Shown here piece after piece: positions 35,801 through 37,148 of a stretch of DNA of 37,148 bases. The notes beneath the pieces are model-generated. The model saw only the letters and a program-made list of their open reading frames with translations. It was not told where the DNA came from and did not search any database. Origin of the DNA: Vulcanimicrobiota bacterium (GTDB lineage Bacteria; Vulcanimicrobiota; Vulcanimicrobiia; Vulcanimicrobiales; Vulcanimicrobiaceae); the NCBI GenBank assembly GCA_003133025.1, contig PKZK01000196.1, positions 1-37,148 on the forward strand, written 5' to 3'. The first letter of the stretch is position 1. Each line of letters starts with the position of its first letter. Both the position numbers and the translations under genes were made by a program.

Positions 35801-36085
35801 CTACCCGTACTTCTGGATGAGACGCGCGGCGTACCACTTTGGCCAGGGATCGCTCGCGCCCGCGGCCTGGTACTCCTCGTCGAAACTGACCAGATCACGC
35901 GTGAGGCCGCTGCGAATCGGAACCCGGCCTAGGATGTGCGGGAACCGCGTCCGGTGCAGCAACCACTCCGAGTAAAACGTGGCCCAATCGTCGTCGACGC
36001 CGTCTACGTCGCCAAAATAGACGTGGTGGACCTCACCCGCCTCATGCAGAAGGTCTGCAATCTCTTGAACCCGGTCCTCGGCCAT
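35801..36085 (-). CDS. Small acidic hypothetical protein
   Basis: GGGAG SD; LLHEAGEVHH...DDDWATFYSEWL...WPKWYA reads as a natural protein. Confidence 0.7.
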   Translation of the reverse strand: MAEDRVQEIADLLHEAGEVHHVYFGDVDGVDDDWATFYSEWLLHRTRFPHILGRVPIRSGLTRDLVSFDEEYQAAGASDPWPKWYAARLIQKYG

Positions 36086-36241
36086 CTTCACCGCTCCCGT
36101 GACGTTCAGGTGATCACCAAAATTCGCCACAATGCGAACCGGACCTCGGGGGCTAAGCGTCTATTCCGCCAAAGCTTCGAAAGAGAGCCACAACCCGATC
36201 GGAAGCATTTGGCGCATCGAACATCGGTACGACAGCACTGA

Positions 36242-36262
36242 CGCGCCGTTCGCAGCGGCGCG
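36242..36262. terminator. GC-rich hairpin, possible terminator
   Basis: CGCGCCGT-tcgca-GCGGCGCG; no U-tract. Confidence 0.35.
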
Positions 36263-36266
36263 CAAG

Positions 36267-36289
36267 CTACCCGTACTTCTGGATGAGAC
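36267..36289 (-). repeat. Exact 23-bp copy of 35801-35823 (3' end of the small acidic gene), abutting gap
   Basis: CTACCCGTACTTCTGGATGAGAC occurs at both positions. Confidence 0.9.
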
Positions 36290-36291
36290 NN

Positions 36292-36702
36292 AAACGAGCC
36301 AATTCCGAGGAGCGGCCTTCGATTGAACTCCTTCCACCCCAGGCTCGTCGACGATGTGCGTACGGTGATCAGGGTCGGGAGACGCGCCCGCAACTCGCCA
36401 TCCAACAGAGCGTCGTAAGCGCCTTCTTCGGCTTGGCTCGTGCCCTCGTACCAAACGACGAGCTGTCCCGTTGGGTCGCTAGCGACGAAGACTCCGTGAT
36501 GCACGAGCTTCTCATCGGCATGCATCAATGCGAAATCAGATCCGCCGGCAACTCGCTTTTCCAAGCCGCTTCCGCTTACCGACCCTTTGACGATCCGCAT
36601 AGGTACGCAGACCGTGTCTCCGCTAGGTCCCACCGCTTCGGTCAGTCGCTCGAGTACGATGCGGATTCGACAAATTGGTGTGCACGAATATGGTTCGCGC
36701 AA
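36292..36702 (-). CDS. Hypothetical protein, DUF3237-like beta-barrel; 3' end lost in gap
   Basis: GGAGG SD with TTG 36702; VGP...IVKGSVSG...GGSD...WYEG...FNRRPLLGIG pattern recalls DUF3237 (inference). Confidence 0.55.
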
Positions 36703-37148
36703 AAGGACCTCCCGATTCGCCCCTGCCTCTTTACTGCGGCAGCCGCCGCAGGCTGCTCGCCCTCAGTTCTCAGTTTCCCGCTTTTCGTTACCGCGCGAAA
36801 GCGGCCCGGGGTCATGCCCACATGGCGTACGAACTGCCGAGTGAAATAGCAGAGGTCGTTGAATCCTACGGCTTCGCACGTCGCGGCGACATTCAAGTCT
36901 TGCTCCGCAAGTAGCGTCTGCGCAGCGAGAATCCTTCGCTTGATGATCCAATTCGTGATCGGCATGCCCATCGTTCTTGAAAAGACGCTGGTGAGATGGC
37001 ATGCCGAGTAGTTGAATGCCCGGGCAACATCGCGAAGACTTATCTGCTCCGAATAGTGGCGGTCGATGAACTTTACTACTCTTCCCACAACCGCCGCCTG
37101 CACTTGGCGACCGGCATTCCGCGCCGGCAGTTTGTCGTATTGGTCGAC
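36642..37148 (-). CDS. AraC/XylS family regulator (HTH domain; 5' end probably outside window)
   Basis: FIDRHYSEQISLRDVA...HLTSVF...VGFNDLCYFTRQF...GMTPGRFR; frame stays open to the window end. Confidence 0.88.
   Translation of the reverse strand, partial: VDQYDKLPARNAGRQVQAAVVGRVVKFIDRHYSEQISLRDVARAFNYSACHLTSVFSRTMGMPITNWIIKRRILAAQTLLAEQDLNVAATCEAVGFNDLCYFTRQFVRHVGMTPGRFRAVTKSGKLRTEGEQPAAAAAVKRQGRIGRSFCANHIRAHQFVESASYSSD

Overview
High-GC bacterial scaffold with five 'nn' assembly gaps (5709, 11274, 24187, 30759, 36290). Its many lipoproteins, GloVer and PQQ propellers and STAND regulators are reminiscent of soil Eremiobacterota/Vulcanimicrobiota; this is inference only. Left part: a PhnB/VOC gene end, an arsR-arsI-aquaglyceroporin-arsC operon, a TRAP transporter with a flavin monooxygenase, a secreted tandem-domain protein, a CoA-transferase, two tandem S10 carboxypeptidases, and a convergent Crp/Fnr regulator + TlpA/DipZ-like redoxin pair. 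Middle part: two lipoproteins, a GloVer propeller, an orphan molybdopterin oxidoreductase, a cyclophilin, an acetamidase, an ECF sigma/ZAS anti-sigma/Spy module, a truncated amidohydrolase, a P-loop kinase, a PQQ propeller and an AAA-LuxR regulator. Right part: a phosphoesterase, a 1065-aa degenerate GH35-multicopper oxidase fusion, a GH-like TIM barrel, a cyclase-NB-ARC-TPR protein, an alpha/beta hydrolase, small ORFs and an AraC gene. Two signals stand out: (1) the apparently catalytically dead GH35/jelly-roll module fused to an intact laccase-like MCO; (2) two promoters of identical geometry (GTAA-N6-TTAC, 23 nt, YATGAT, 6 nt, ATG) in front of crp and the redoxin, suggesting a self-contained leaderless class II Crp regulon. 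No rRNA, tRNA, CRISPR array or transposase was recognised.
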